Assembly (NCBI GenBank): GCA_965197745.1
Contig: CBDANS010000007.1
Coordinates: forward strand, 1,440,001-1,504,000
Reading direction: 5' to 3'
Length of the DNA stretch: 64,000 nucleotides
DNA from: Opitutales bacterium
GTDB lineage: Bacteria; Verrucomicrobiota; Verrucomicrobiia; Opitutales; PNEW01
How positions within the stretch are numbered: position 1 is the first letter of the stretch; every line of letters begins with the position of its first letter. Positions 41,697-52,554 of this stretch are shown here, one piece after another. The notes below the pieces were generated by a model. It made no database searches and was not told where the DNA came from. It saw nothing but the letters and a program-made list of their open reading frames with translations. The position numbers and the translations under genes were made by a program.

Positions 41697-43277
41697 TCAT
41701 CTTGTATGCGGATAGAAATTCATCGTAGATAGGTAACAAGTACACCAAATCTGCTTTACACATAAACAGAAAAACTCGTAATAAATGAAATGGACTTCCG
41801 TGTTGTGTTGTAACCAGAATGTAGCGGGTATGGCGATGGCAGTACCTATAACCCATCCAGGATAGGTAACAATCATGTTTACACATAAACAGAAAAACTC
41901 GTAATAAATGAAATGGACTTCCGTGTTGTGTTGTAACCAGAATGTAGCGGGTATGGCGATGGCAGTACCTATAACCCATCCCAGAAAATTTGCACGCTGA
42001 GTGAAAATACCAAGTAGAAAAAGGCCAAGAATTGGTCCCCCAAAAAGGCTCATGAGAGTGCCGGCAGCTTTTATAATTTCTCCTATTGTTGTAACATAAC
42101 AGGCAACAATTACCGCTAATGCTCCCAAGACAAAAGTAAGAATACGCGCTAACTGTACGTCTTGATGTTCAGTCCTGGCTTTGCGGCGCAATGGTTTAAC
42201 AAAATCGTTAACGATGACCGTAGAGACTGAATTTATCCCTGAATCCATACTTGACATCGCGGCCGCAAAGATGGCTGTGATGAGGAGTCCGGATACCCCG
42301 TCAGGAAGATTCTGCATAATGTAAAAAGGCAGCACTCTATCTCCTTTCATTTCCAGGGAGGCTTGCTCGGGAAAATGGTGATAAAAAGCGAACATGCCGA
42401 TTCCGATAAATATTAAAAGGCCGACTATGATAAAATCGATGAATGAGTTAACTACCGTAGCCTTTACCATCCCGCTGAATTTCTTTGTCGCTAAAAGCCT
42501 TTGCACCGTAACCTGGTCAATCCCGTAGTTGAGAAAAAACCCAATGAAAGTAGTGAAAGCAACGGCCGTAGCACTCATCTCAAAAATGCTGATTTTCCAG
42601 GTGAATACATTCAAATGGTTTGTTTCGCTGGCGATAGCAATAATACCAGACCACCCATCGGGAACGGAATTAAGTAAACTTACAAACACCCAAAATGCCC
42701 CGACCACAAGGATGATGAATTGAATAGCATCAGTCCACAGAACAGCGGACAGGCCACCGAGAACCGTATAGGTGGTGGCGAGAACGCCCATGAGAAGAAT
42801 TGCGAGATAAAGGTCAACCCCGGTCGCTACCGATAAGGCAAGAGAGGGGGAGTAGATGACAATGCCAAGCCAGGATAAACGCAGCAGCACAAACAATCCC
42901 GATACGGCATAGCGACCGGGTCTCCCGTAGCGAAACCCTATGTATTCGTAAGTAGTGGTTACGCGGAGCCGTCGATAAAAAGGATAAAAAAGATAGATAA
43001 AAAAGGGAGCGGCCAGAACACTAACAATCCCAATAGCAATTTGAGAAATATTTTCTCGATAAACGAGCCCCGGCATTCCGATAAAGATAGAGGCGCTCGT
43101 AAGCGAGGCGAACATACTCATGGCAACGATAATCCATGGCATTTTTCGACCCGCGAGGAAGTAGTCTTCTGTCGTCTTCTGCTTTCCAGCCAGCCATAAC
43201 CCGATACTAAACATTACAGCCAGATAAACAGCACATATAGTGTAATTAAAAACGCTGAATGAGGGTAATTCTTCCAT
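41697..43277 (-). CDS. Sodium:solute symporter (SSS family), rearranged C-terminus
   Basis: DYFLAGR, YT.LGGL.AV.WTD..Q, DQ..VQR, AAAMSSMDSGINS; last TM segment duplicated. Confidence 0.9.
   Translation of the reverse strand: MEELPSFSVFNYTICAVYLAVMFSIGLWLAGKQKTTEDYFLAGRKMPWIIVAMSMFASLTSASIFIGMPGLVYRENISQIAIGIVSVLAAPFFIYLFYPFYRRLRVTTTYEYIGFRYGRPGRYAVSGLFVLLRLSWLGIVIYSPSLALSVATGVDLYLAILLMGVLATTYTVLGGLSAVLWTDAIQFIILVVGAFWVFVSLLNSVPDGWSGIIAIASETNHLNVFTWKISIFEMSATAVAFTTFIGFFLNYGIDQVTVQRLLATKKFSGMVKATVVNSFIDFIIVGLLIFIGIGMFAFYHHFPEQASLEMKGDRVLPFYIMQNLPDGVSGLLITAIFAAAMSSMDSGINSVSTVIVNDFVKPLRRKARTEHQDVQLARILTFVLGALAVIVACYVTTIGEIIKAAGTLMSLFGGPILGLFLLGIFTQRANFLGWVIGTAIAIPATFWLQHNTEVHFIYYEFFCLCVNMIVTYPGWVIGTAIAIPATFWLQHNTEVHFIYYEFFCLCVKQIWCTCYLSTMNFYPHTR
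41755..41981. repeat. 104 bp direct duplication, period 123 bp, inside the SSS 3' end
   Basis: 41755-41858 repeats at 41878-41981. Confidence 0.92.
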
Positions 43278-43310
43278 CTATTTATTTAGATTAAAATTAC
43301 CCGTTTTCGC

Positions 43311-43652
43311 GTGGAGTGACCCCAAAAAATCGTATCATTTACAGAGAGAGGTTATCGGGATAAACGGATAACCTCAATGAAAAGAAAAATATACACAACA
43401 GAACAGATAATTGCAATACTGCGACAAACCGATAGCGGTAAGACCGTGCAGGAAGTCTGCCGTGGGAACAACCTAAGTGAACAGACTTTTTATCGCTGGC
43501 GTAAAAAGTATGGTAACCTGGAGCTGGCCGATGCAAAGCGATTTAAAGAGCTGGAAAAAGAAAATACCGAGCTAAAGAAACTGCTCGCTGAGCAAATGCT
43601 CAAGAAGCCTTTGTTATGTAATTCAACTCTCCAATATATAACTAACTATTAA
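43311..43652 (+). mobile_element. IS3-family remnant (left end plus orfA only)
   Basis: MKRKIYTTEQII..L...SEQTFYRWRKKYG...ELEKEN.ELKKLLAE; no orfB follows. Confidence 0.8.
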
Positions 43653-44029
43653 TTAACACTATATATTAATTATTAAATACTTATGAATCAGTATTTCTCA
43701 TAATCCTCGAGAAATTAAATAGTCGAATATAGCGTGGAATAGCGAATATTGGGGAGCATTGGGGAAGCGGGTATCACCATATCTTATTGTTTATTTTTAA
43801 CTACACCTACCTCTTACACTCATAAGTTTGCTCTTAAAATTAAGAAGATGCAACTACCAGTTCAATTCATAGATGATCGAATCTAAGATTTTACAAACAC
43901 AATTCTGACTCTAAATCCAGAAACCCATAAATTTAGCTCATTGATTGTGACAACGATTGCTGCCCCTATTTTAATCCTATCGTCGAATCACTCATTGCAC
44001 CGTCATTAACCGACTGCCGCACGAATCTC

Positions 44030-44484
44030 AAAGTCTCTCACCTTCGCTGTAAACTATTTTTAGGGCATTACAAAGAAGTTGCTGAGACAATGACGGTCGA
44101 AGAGGCCGTCGGTGAGTATTGCGATCATAAATCTAAGGAAATGGAGCGTGGGATCATCTCATTTTGCCAGGAGCAGGGGATCACTCGTGAGATGAAAAAA
44201 TTAAAGGGTAATTTCGCGGGACGGATTGTTAATGAAATTCAACCGGAAGAGCTTAAGACGTACCTCGACACACGACACCATCGCTCAAAAGCAGTGCTCT
44301 CCCTTAAAACCTGGAATAACCGCCGTGGATACCTAAGCACTTTCTTCATATACTGCGTGTCGAAAAAATATGTGGGAGAAAACCCGAATCTGGAAGTTCC
44401 CCAGTATAAAATAAAGCACCGCAGGGGTACAGCAGAGTTTCTCTCTGCTGATGAAGCAGCCGAGCTGATGGAGTGGCTGGAAAC
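44030..44484 (+). pseudogene. Internal fragment of a second integrase copy, cut by IS3
   Basis: Closely matches ~25043-25499 of the intact integrase; stops at GAAAC where IS3 copy 2 begins. Confidence 0.9.
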
Positions 44485-45801
44485 TGGTCGTGACCACGAA
44501 AACTGGTACACTTGAAAAGTTAGTCTGGGTAACCTAGAAAGGACTCAGACAATGAAAGGCAAAAGATACACAACTGAAGAGAAAATACGGATGCTGCGGC
44601 AGGCGGACAAAGGGAAAACGATCCTGGAAGCATGCCGCGAGAACAACATTAGCGAACAGACTTTCCACCGCTGGAAGCGTGAGTTTGGGATGATTGATGT
44701 CGACCAGGCCAAGCGGATGAAGGAACTCGAGAAGGAGAACGCGCGGTTAAAACGGATGCTGGCGGACAAGATGCTGGGGATAGAGATCCTGCAGGAGACC
44801 CTCGAAAAAAAACTGTAAGCCCTGGGCACAAGCGGCAAGTGGCAGAGAGACTTGTGGCTCGGGGCCAGTGTTCGATGCGAGCGGGGTGCCGGTACTTTCG
44901 GCTGCACCGTTCCACCTATGCGTATAAGGCGAAGCATCCGGATGCTTGGTTAATGAAACTGAAGGCGGCAGTAAGGCGGTTATCACGGCAATATGCCAGG
45001 TGGGGCTATCCGAAGATCACGAAGCTGTTGAAAGACGAAGGCTGGGAGGTGGGTAAACGTCTCGTGCAAGGTCTACGACGCGAACTGGGCTTGGCGATCC
45101 CCCAACGCAAGCCAAGACGTCGGGGCAGGGGTGTTTCCACCGGGCTGCCGACCAAGGCCGAACATCCCGGCCATGTTTGGACCTGGGATTTTATCCACGA
45201 TAAGACGGTCCGCGGTGGCAGTTTAAAAATGTTGACCGTGCTCGATGAGTACACCCGCGAGTGTCGAGTGATCCATGTTGATCGCCATATCAATGCGGAA
45301 ACGGTGCGCGGTATCATGCAAAAACTGCTTGCCCGTCATGGGCCGCCAAAATATATTCGCAGTGACAACGGTTCCGTTCCGAGGAGCGAAGCGACGACAT
45401 GCAAAGCCATTCATTGAAAAGGAATTGAGAGCCTGGCTAACTGCGATGAAAATCAAAACCCTCTATATCGAACCAGGAAGCCCTTGGCAGAACGGATACA
45501 TCGAATCGTTGCATGCCCGTTTTCGCGAGGAGTGTTTAAACCGTGAACAGCTATGGACTTTGACCGAAGCCCGCGTGGTGATCGAGGACTGGCGCTGGCT
45601 TTACAATAATGTCCGACCCCACCGCAGCCTCGGCAATATCACCCCACGGTGCTTCGCTGAAGACATTAATACCGAAGGCTTGGGCTCCATTCGGGCTACG
45701 CCCTCATTGCGCCCAAGCCTTGACTTCCTCTACCAACTTAACTTCAACATTAACCTCTCCAGACTAACTCTCTCGGTGGACCAGTTTACGTAACCCGATC
45801 A
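44485..45801 (+). mobile_element. IS3-family element (copy 2), orfB frameshifted by a net 31 bp insertion
   Basis: TGGTCG...CGATCA inverted repeats; orfA 44552-44818 with an A8C slippery site; DDE orfB broken after SDNGS. Confidence 0.93.
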
Positions 45802-46147
45802 GGGGTCTGGCACACCCCGTTTCCATTACACCCCAAGGTGTCATACCGAAGCTGATCCAATCCTATCCAAAGAATATTCGGTCTCATTTCGTAATGCCGC
45901 ACATCAGCGCGTTTTAAGTGTTGGGTAAGAAGGGTTCAGGGTGGAAGATGTCGGGCTACGCCCTCGGTACAGGGTTCAGGGTTGTAAGAGGTTTTTTCCG
46001 TTAGGATAAATCCGAATTCCGATATCGGCAATCATTATAATCCGCAATTGACAGACTCCATTTGCCATATCACATCGAGGTTGGATAAAGTTGATTACGA
46101 GAAAACATCCCCGCCAAATGTTCTCGAATAAATACGATCTGTGTGCT

Positions 46148-47311
46148 TTACGACAACGCATCTTCGCCATCGGTCAACCACTCAAGGTTAAAACGCGCAA
46201 ACACGGTGTCTCCGCTGTACGCATTTATCCCACCTTCTCCTCCTTTTTCATACAGGCAGCAGATCGTCCCGTCTTGAGCGATGCAGAGGTCGGAGTATGA
46301 AGCGCCTTTTTTGTAGATGACTTTGGAAATGGGCCAGGTGCGGCACTCGTCGTAGCTTAGACGAACAGTGAGGTGATGCCGTTCTCCCTCTTTTTCATTT
46401 CCCGGATTTGAAAAGAGAACGCGATTCCTCCCCCTCCCTTTAGGACTGTCAGACTCGAGCGTATAACGACACACGCTTGCCTGGCAGATTGGTTCCGGCA
46501 GGCCGCCATCCCGGACGAGTGATGAAAACCATTCCCCGTTATCGTGGCTCCACCCGATTCGTCGGTGGTAGCTGAATCCTGGACCGAAAGCCTTCCGAGC
46601 CGGCCCCTCCGCCTCTCTGAAAAACTGATTACGGGAATTGATATAGAGCCATCCGTCGGCAGTCTCCAGAATCATTGACTCGTTGGCGCCCCTGTCGGTG
46701 CTGCCGCCGATTTTCCAATGAGCCCCGTGATCATCGCTGTAGATGACATGTGAATAGTCCCAATCTATCTTTGAATCTTCATGCACCATTTCGGTGTGAT
46801 CGCATGCGACTATCAATCGGCCAGATTTCAGTTGTATGCCGTGACCGGGTCCGGTTGCGTACCACGACCACTTATCGCGTTTCACGTCTCCTGTGATCTC
46901 CTTCGGCTTCGCCCAGATTGCACCGTCATCGTCACTCGACGTCACCCAGATCTGTCGAGGCGCTTTGCCCTGCAAGATAAGATCCTGTCCTCGAGGTGAT
47001 CCAGCTTTATCCTGCAGGTTCCTGCAAAAGAGCAGCCAGACAATCCCAGTATTTCTATCCTGAACCGGAGAGGGATTGCCGCTCACCCACCCATCCAGGG
47101 AAGCGATAACCTGGACATCTTCAAAGCTCTTACCGTCATCGAAACTCCGACGAAGAAAGAGATCAATCTGATCCGAATCTCGTCCCGTAAACTTTCGTGC
47201 TTCGTTGAAGGCGAGGATCGTCCCTTTGTTGGTCGTAATTAAGGCAGGGATTCTACACTCTTGATAGCCTCGGTCGCCGGCAGTATACAGGTTGTTTTCT
47301 TCAAAAAACAC
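46148..47311 (-). CDS. Sialidase (GH33-like, BNR/Asp-box)
   Basis: CRIP motif; Asp-boxes S.DDGKSF, SDDDGAIW, SDDHGAHW, SHDNGEWF, SYDECRTW; SYSDL and LYE. Confidence 0.9.
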   Translation of the reverse strand: MFFEENNLYTAGDRGYQECRIPALITTNKGTILAFNEARKFTGRDSDQIDLFLRRSFDDGKSFEDVQVIASLDGWVSGNPSPVQDRNTGIVWLLFCRNLQDKAGSPRGQDLILQGKAPRQIWVTSSDDDGAIWAKPKEITGDVKRDKWSWYATGPGHGIQLKSGRLIVACDHTEMVHEDSKIDWDYSHVIYSDDHGAHWKIGGSTDRGANESMILETADGWLYINSRNQFFREAEGPARKAFGPGFSYHRRIGWSHDNGEWFSSLVRDGGLPEPICQASVCRYTLESDSPKGRGRNRVLFSNPGNEKEGERHHLTVRLSYDECRTWPISKVIYKKGASYSDLCIAQDGTICCLYEKGGEGGINAYSGDTVFARFNLEWLTDGEDALS

Positions 47312-47407
47312 GTCTTCTCCTCAACGGTGTAATTTAGCGTCAATCCCATAATTGACTTTCCGACTTGATTAACAAGTAAATAATCCATTTGAATATTAAG
47401 GTCCTGA

Positions 47408-47548
47408 ATGGCACATCCGAATTTTCTTTGGCTTAATACCCACGATGTAAGCGCTGATAGCCTGGGGTGCTACGGGAATACATACGCGACAACACCTCAC
47501 ATTGATAAGCTTGCGAGGGAAGGGATTCGATACACCAGCGCGTTCGCT
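47408..47548 (+). pseudogene. Sulfatase N-terminal fragment
   Basis: PNFLWL.THD...DSLGCYG....[19 protein letters not shown], ending before CxPxR. Confidence 0.8.
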
Positions 47549-48543
47549 TGTGCGATCTCATCCTGGATTGCGAAGACGTTCTTTAGCTCTCGATCGTATT
47601 TCTTGGACCAAAGATGAATATCATCGGCAACATCGATAAGCTGAGCTGTGATCCTGATGGTATTTCCCAATTTTCGCACACTCCCTTCGAGCACAGTGCC
47701 AACGTTGAGTTGTTCGCCAATCGTGGTTATAGCCGCATCCCTAAAACGGAACGAAGAGGTACGCGAGGCTACACGCAACCCTTCGATTTGGGCGAGAGCG
47801 TTCAGGATTTCTTCAGCTATCCCCTCACAAAAGTATTCCTGATCTTTTTCCGGACTCATGTCGCGGAAGGGGAGCACTGCGATAGAGGGGATTTCTGTAG
47901 GAGGCAAGGATATCGATTCCTGAAAAAACTGACGCCATACGATAAATGCGATTGCTGCGACAACCAACACTACGAAAGATGTCCATACCAATCGCTTGGA
48001 TGGTTTATCTTTTACCGTGGAAGTTTTCTCCTCATCCCAACGCACCGCGTAAACGCGGACGGGTTCGGCAATATTTTTAACGCTGTGTTCACCTTGATTG
48101 TCAAAAGAATATGGGAGCTTGTTAACTACATGGTCATAGACCGTGCCTGAGACACAGATACCTCCACCTTCAGCGAGACTCTCTACTCGTGCCGCCACAT
48201 TGACCCCGTCACCGTATATGCGATCGCCATCAACGATCACATCACCGAGATTAATACCGATGCGGTAGTGCATCCGGCGATCCTCCGGAATTCCCGCATT
48301 GCGAGCCATTAGCTCTCCCTGTATCACAACCGCACATCTGATCGCGCTCACCGCACTGGTAAATTCAGCGAGAAGATTGTCGCCGGGAGAATCAATCACC
48401 CGACCCTGATGCTCTTCAATATGCCGACTCATCGCTTCACGATAAGTGTTGAGAGTCTTCACCGTCGCCTCCTCGTCCTCACCCATGAGACGGCTGTAAC
48501 CCTCGACGTCAGCACTGAGAATGGCCGTTAGCTTGCGTTCCAT
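47497..48543 (-). pseudogene. Class III adenylate/guanylate cyclase plus TolB-like domain, truncated before the usual TPR region
   Basis: [49 protein letters not shown]...IQDEIA, then runs into antisense sulfatase sequence. Confidence 0.85.
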
Positions 48544-48691
48544 GACTGATTGTTTCCGCTTAGTGTGCTATCTGCACGATTCAGATCAGACTATTACTTC
48601 ATCGTTTTATCTTTCAATCAGCATTAAATGAGGGATGTCAGGCTATGCCCTTGTATGTTACTCCGTGATTTGTTTAAGGGTAAAAGAAGGT

Positions 48692-48754
48692 GGGGGTATA
48701 AAAATACACATCCCATTCAATCGATAATCCATTAATCTGTATGTGGCGGAGGTG
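48692..48754 (+). repeat. Partial island-associated repeat downstream of P2
   Basis: ggggtataaaaatacacatcccattcaatcgat..tccattaatctgtatg..gcggagg matches 51247-51307. Confidence 0.85.
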
Positions 48755-48790
48755 ATTTTTCCGCGAGGGAACACAATACCCCTTGAAGGA

Positions 48791-51112
48791 TTACTCTATC
48801 GTCATCTCTTCAGTGTCGACAATGATTTCATCACCATCTTCGTTAGCGAAGGTTGCAACAATACTCCGCGTGGGTTGAGGGGTGTTGTCTGACTTGAAGT
48901 TATTCTGCGTGGTCAGCATTTCAAATCCGGGGGTCGTCGATCCACTCTCCGCGACTACAATCGATGCTCCGTTCGTCTGTGCCAGGTCTCCTCCGGTGAT
49001 CCGCAACCCAGGGTTACCGGCTGCTACCGTAAAGGACCCTTCACCAAATAACAGGTGCGGCACTGCATCGCCATCAGCATCAATGTCACCTACAGTTAAG
49101 CGTACCGCTATCGGTACCCCCCGTGCATCAATCCCTATGTTCCCTGTACTCCTACTAAAGACGGCGTTTGATAACTGCATTCCTCCCATCCCCGTGGAGT
49201 TGATCACCTGTACCAGGGTCACATCTGCCTGCGCACCGTACTCTTGTCCCTCAGGGAACAAGGCCTGGTTCACCGCATTGATCTTTCCTACCGTGAAGAT
49301 ACTAAAATAGGTCGTTTCATCGGCTCCCTCGATCACCACGCTCGGTTTGCCTGTAACATACGCTACCCCTGACTGATTATACCGTGGGGGAGCCTTCGCT
49401 GCTAAATATGTACTCGAATCCAAGGTCACCGTAAAGGTCCCAGCTCCAGAGTACTCCACTTGTACGATGTCTTCATCTTCGTCCATAAACGATACCCGGG
49501 TGATGTGCCCAGTCTTCGCCTGTAACTTGATGCTCTCTCCCGTTAATAATACTTGATCAAATATATTTCCATTGGGGTGTTGAATGTCCTCCCCAGCTAT
49601 CGAGCCTGAACCCGTTAGGACTAACGGTACTGTGACCGTGACCGCCGCGGTGTCACTATCTGCTGTACCTCCGTCATTAGTCACTTGTACCCAGAAGTTA
49701 GTAATCGCCCCTAATCCCCCCGTGGTCATCGTACTCTCAGTTGCTCCCTCGACCGGCCAATTGGTGTCGGGATGTATCCCTCCATACCACTGGTAGGTTA
49801 GATCATCTCCACTCGCCTCGACGCTTAATGTTACCGGGTGACCCGTTGCTACTGACTGACTTACCGGTTGCGTCGTGATCTCAGGGGCTGGGACTGCCGG
49901 GGTCGTTGGAGTCGCAGTCGACCCCGTACCAGGTGCTCCAATCGGGGTGAAACCAAAATCATCGATACCGTTACGGGTATAAATATTAGCGTTCACATCT
50001 TCTTCATCACTATAAACAATCTTCCCAATGCCTCCGGGTGCTCCCAATTCATCTGCGTTAAAGGTAAGAAAAGCAGGTTTATATAGTGGATCAACAGTCG
50101 ACTCTAAATTTGTTACGGTCACGAGCAGGTTATCATTAGTATCGAAGACTTCAACTGTGCAATCGATATCTGTCTGATCCCTTATAGGTTGACAATTTGC
50201 ATAAAAATCCACCTCATAAGCCGGAGTTTCAAAGGTGATGGTGAATCCCCCCCCTCCAGCCTCTACAATAAAAGATTGGTTAAAAGAATGGTTTGATGGG
50301 CCGGATGCTTCAGCTATTTGGGCACTAGATGGGCCGCCACCACTAGCCCTAATACCACCTCCAGTACCACCAGTACTGGTAAAAGTAGCGGTATTAGGAG
50401 AAACCCCAATAGAAAAAGGTTCCAGTCTACCATCACCTACCCCAAATCCTTCATCCGACTCAAAGCGGGTATAGACCGTATTATTGACAGGCTTATCGGT
50501 GGGTGTGTAGCCAAGATCATCTATGGACAATTTACCTGTAACATTGAAAATCTTTACTTCTTTTATACCTTCAATGAATTCCAGATCAGTTCCATCAAGA
50601 AAATTGCCACTGTCAGCAATAAAGCTTTGTAAGGCCGAGTTGATGTTAGCCGGTAGTCCGGTAACTTCGCCATGATCTCCTATCACTGTTATAACTTCAC
50701 CAAATCCGCCGGCGGCTTCTCCCCCGATGTTTTTATCTCCTTTGACCTCGATTTTGCCACCCCCTGTTGATTCGGCCGCGTAAAATTCTAAGGTATGAAT
50801 CCCGCGGGGGCTTATTATTTTTCCCTCTTGACCAGGCCCAAGTGTTAACGCTTTCGTTCCGGAGTGTAAGAGCGCAGGATCATCGAGAGTTTCTACCGTG
50901 AATCCGATGAGTGTTACCACGTTTGGCTCTTGACCGATATAGATCGTACCTTCTCCACTAACACTTTCAAAGTCAGTGAATATTTCCAGGTCTTGCGGAA
51001 GAGCCAACAGGTGCACCGGTAAATAGAGAAAAAGAATCAGAATCGAAATTAATTCTATAGGCTGTCTTTTCACGCTGTTATAACAATTAAAGCAATGCCA
51101 GAGATTTTTCAA
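48791..51112 (-). CDS. Secreted Ig-domain protein, paralog P2
   Basis: Same architecture as P1; start codon uncertain (TTG). Confidence 0.85.
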   Translation of the reverse strand: MKNLWHCFNCYNSVKRQPIELISILILFLYLPVHLLALPQDLEIFTDFESVSGEGTIYIGQEPNVVTLIGFTVETLDDPALLHSGTKALTLGPGQEGKIISPRGIHTLEFYAAESTGGGKIEVKGDKNIGGEAAGGFGEVITVIGDHGEVTGLPANINSALQSFIADSGNFLDGTDLEFIEGIKEVKIFNVTGKLSIDDLGYTPTDKPVNNTVYTRFESDEGFGVGDGRLEPFSIGVSPNTATFTSTGGTGGGIRASGGGPSSAQIAEASGPSNHSFNQSFIVEAGGGGFTITFETPAYEVDFYANCQPIRDQTDIDCTVEVFDTNDNLLVTVTNLESTVDPLYKPAFLTFNADELGAPGGIGKIVYSDEEDVNANIYTRNGIDDFGFTPIGAPGTGSTATPTTPAVPAPEITTQPVSQSVATGHPVTLSVEASGDDLTYQWYGGIHPDTNWPVEGATESTMTTGGLGAITNFWVQVTNDGGTADSDTAAVTVTVPLVLTGSGSIAGEDIQHPNGNIFDQVLLTGESIKLQAKTGHITRVSFMDEDEDIVQVEYSGAGTFTVTLDSSTYLAAKAPPRYNQSGVAYVTGKPSVVIEGADETTYFSIFTVGKINAVNQALFPEGQEYGAQADVTLVQVINSTGMGGMQLSNAVFSRSTGNIGIDARGVPIAVRLTVGDIDADGDAVPHLLFGEGSFTVAAGNPGLRITGGDLAQTNGASIVVAESGSTTPGFEMLTTQNNFKSDNTPQPTRSIVATFANEDGDEIIVDTEEMTIE

Positions 51113-51183
51113 AACAACTTATTATTTATAAGAGTTTATAAAGCATAATTGTTTTGAAATATACTAAAAGACAACATATCCAT

Positions 51184-51307
51184 CGATATCCAAGGATAAC
51201 GCTGACTGAAATTAATTACTTTTCCCCTGATAATTTAGGGGGCGGGGGGGGTATAAAAATACACATCCCATTCAATCGATATTCCATTAATCTGTATGCA
51301 GCGGAGG
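51184..51307 (+). repeat. ~125 bp island-associated repeat, copy upstream of P2
   Basis: Close match to 20734-20860. Confidence 0.85.
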
Positions 51308-51702
51308 GGGGGTTCCCCACACAGATTAATTAGATATTCTAAAGATCAAGCCTTATTAAATCTTCGACGCTTTCGTTTTTGTTTAGTAGTGGGAAGCATC
51401 GGTGTTAATAAATTCTCATAAAGCTGGAAGAGATATTCGATGCGCTGACGTTCGCTTGTGAATGGGTTACGTCGATAACAGGCGGTCGGTTGCACGGTCA
51501 AGATTGTGGTGAGCCCTAAGAAGACCGGAAAACCAGAAAGCCAGACATCCAGAAGGCTGGTAATCTAGAAGGCCAGAGAGCCTGAAAGTCTGCCTGCCCT
51601 GAGCTTAGTCGAAGGGAACCTTCTTCCCCTTTTTACCTTTTGACTTTTTGACTTTTTGACTCTAATCAATCCGCAATCGACAATCTGAAATCTGAAATCG
51701 AT

Positions 51703-52554
51703 ATGTCTCAGCGTTTTGAATCCAACTACCCACTCGATCCCGAACAGATTAAGGAATGGGTGGACACCTTTAACCGCCAGGGGGTTCTTTTCCTGGAAAA
51801 TGTTCTGACCGAGGATCATGTAGCCCAGTTGAAAGCTGATCTCGACTGGTCAATTGACAATATCACTTCAGTCGACGACGACCCCTATGGCAAACTCAGC
51901 AGTCGAAATTCAGTAAAAAATATCTGCCTCTGCCATCGAATGTTTGAACATAGTCCGGCCAACCTTAACCTCTTCGACCTCGAGCCTATTGTCAGCTTTG
52001 CTGAAGCCTTGGTTGCTACCAACAGCCATGTCATTCACAACAACTCATGCCATGTCATTAACAACAACTCATTTGTCACATATCCGGGTGGTGGTATCAC
52101 AAGCTGGCACCAGGATGATCCTCCACATATGATCGTTACCGATGGAGAACCGCCAACGAATATTCAGCTGCCTGTTCTCGCTTTTACCTGCAATTACTAT
52201 TTAACAGATGTCACTGAAGTTGAACAAGGCGGGACTGAAGTCATTCCCGGTTCTCACCTCTTTGGCGCTGATGCGCGCAAGGCTGATTTCAATGGAGAAT
52301 GGAAGGACAAAATTCACTATAACTTGGGTAAAGCCGGAAGCGTGATCATGTTCAACAACCAGGTCTGGCACCGTGGAGGCCCCAATCGCACCAATAGAAA
52401 ACGTTATATTACCCTAATTACATACGCCCGCCGCTTTATCGGACACAAATATTTTCCCTTCATGAATTACACTATGCCCGAGCATGTCTACAAGGACGCG
52501 AATCCTCGGCTCAAACGCCTGCTCGGCTTCCTCGAACACGGCGCTTACGGGTAG
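51703..52554 (+). CDS. Phytanoyl-CoA dioxygenase (PhyH)-family Fe(II)/2OG enzyme
   Basis: F..QGVL..ENVL, WHQD, GGT.VIPGSH, F...VWHRGG.N...R. Confidence 0.92.
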   Translation: MSQRFESNYPLDPEQIKEWVDTFNRQGVLFLENVLTEDHVAQLKADLDWSIDNITSVDDDPYGKLSSRNSVKNICLCHRMFEHSPANLNLFDLEPIVSFAEALVATNSHVIHNNSCHVINNNSFVTYPGGGITSWHQDDPPHMIVTDGEPPTNIQLPVLAFTCNYYLTDVTEVEQGGTEVIPGSHLFGADARKADFNGEWKDKIHYNLGKAGSVIMFNNQVWHRGGPNRTNRKRYITLITYARRFIGHKYFPFMNYTMPEHVYKDANPRLKRLLGFLEHGAYG

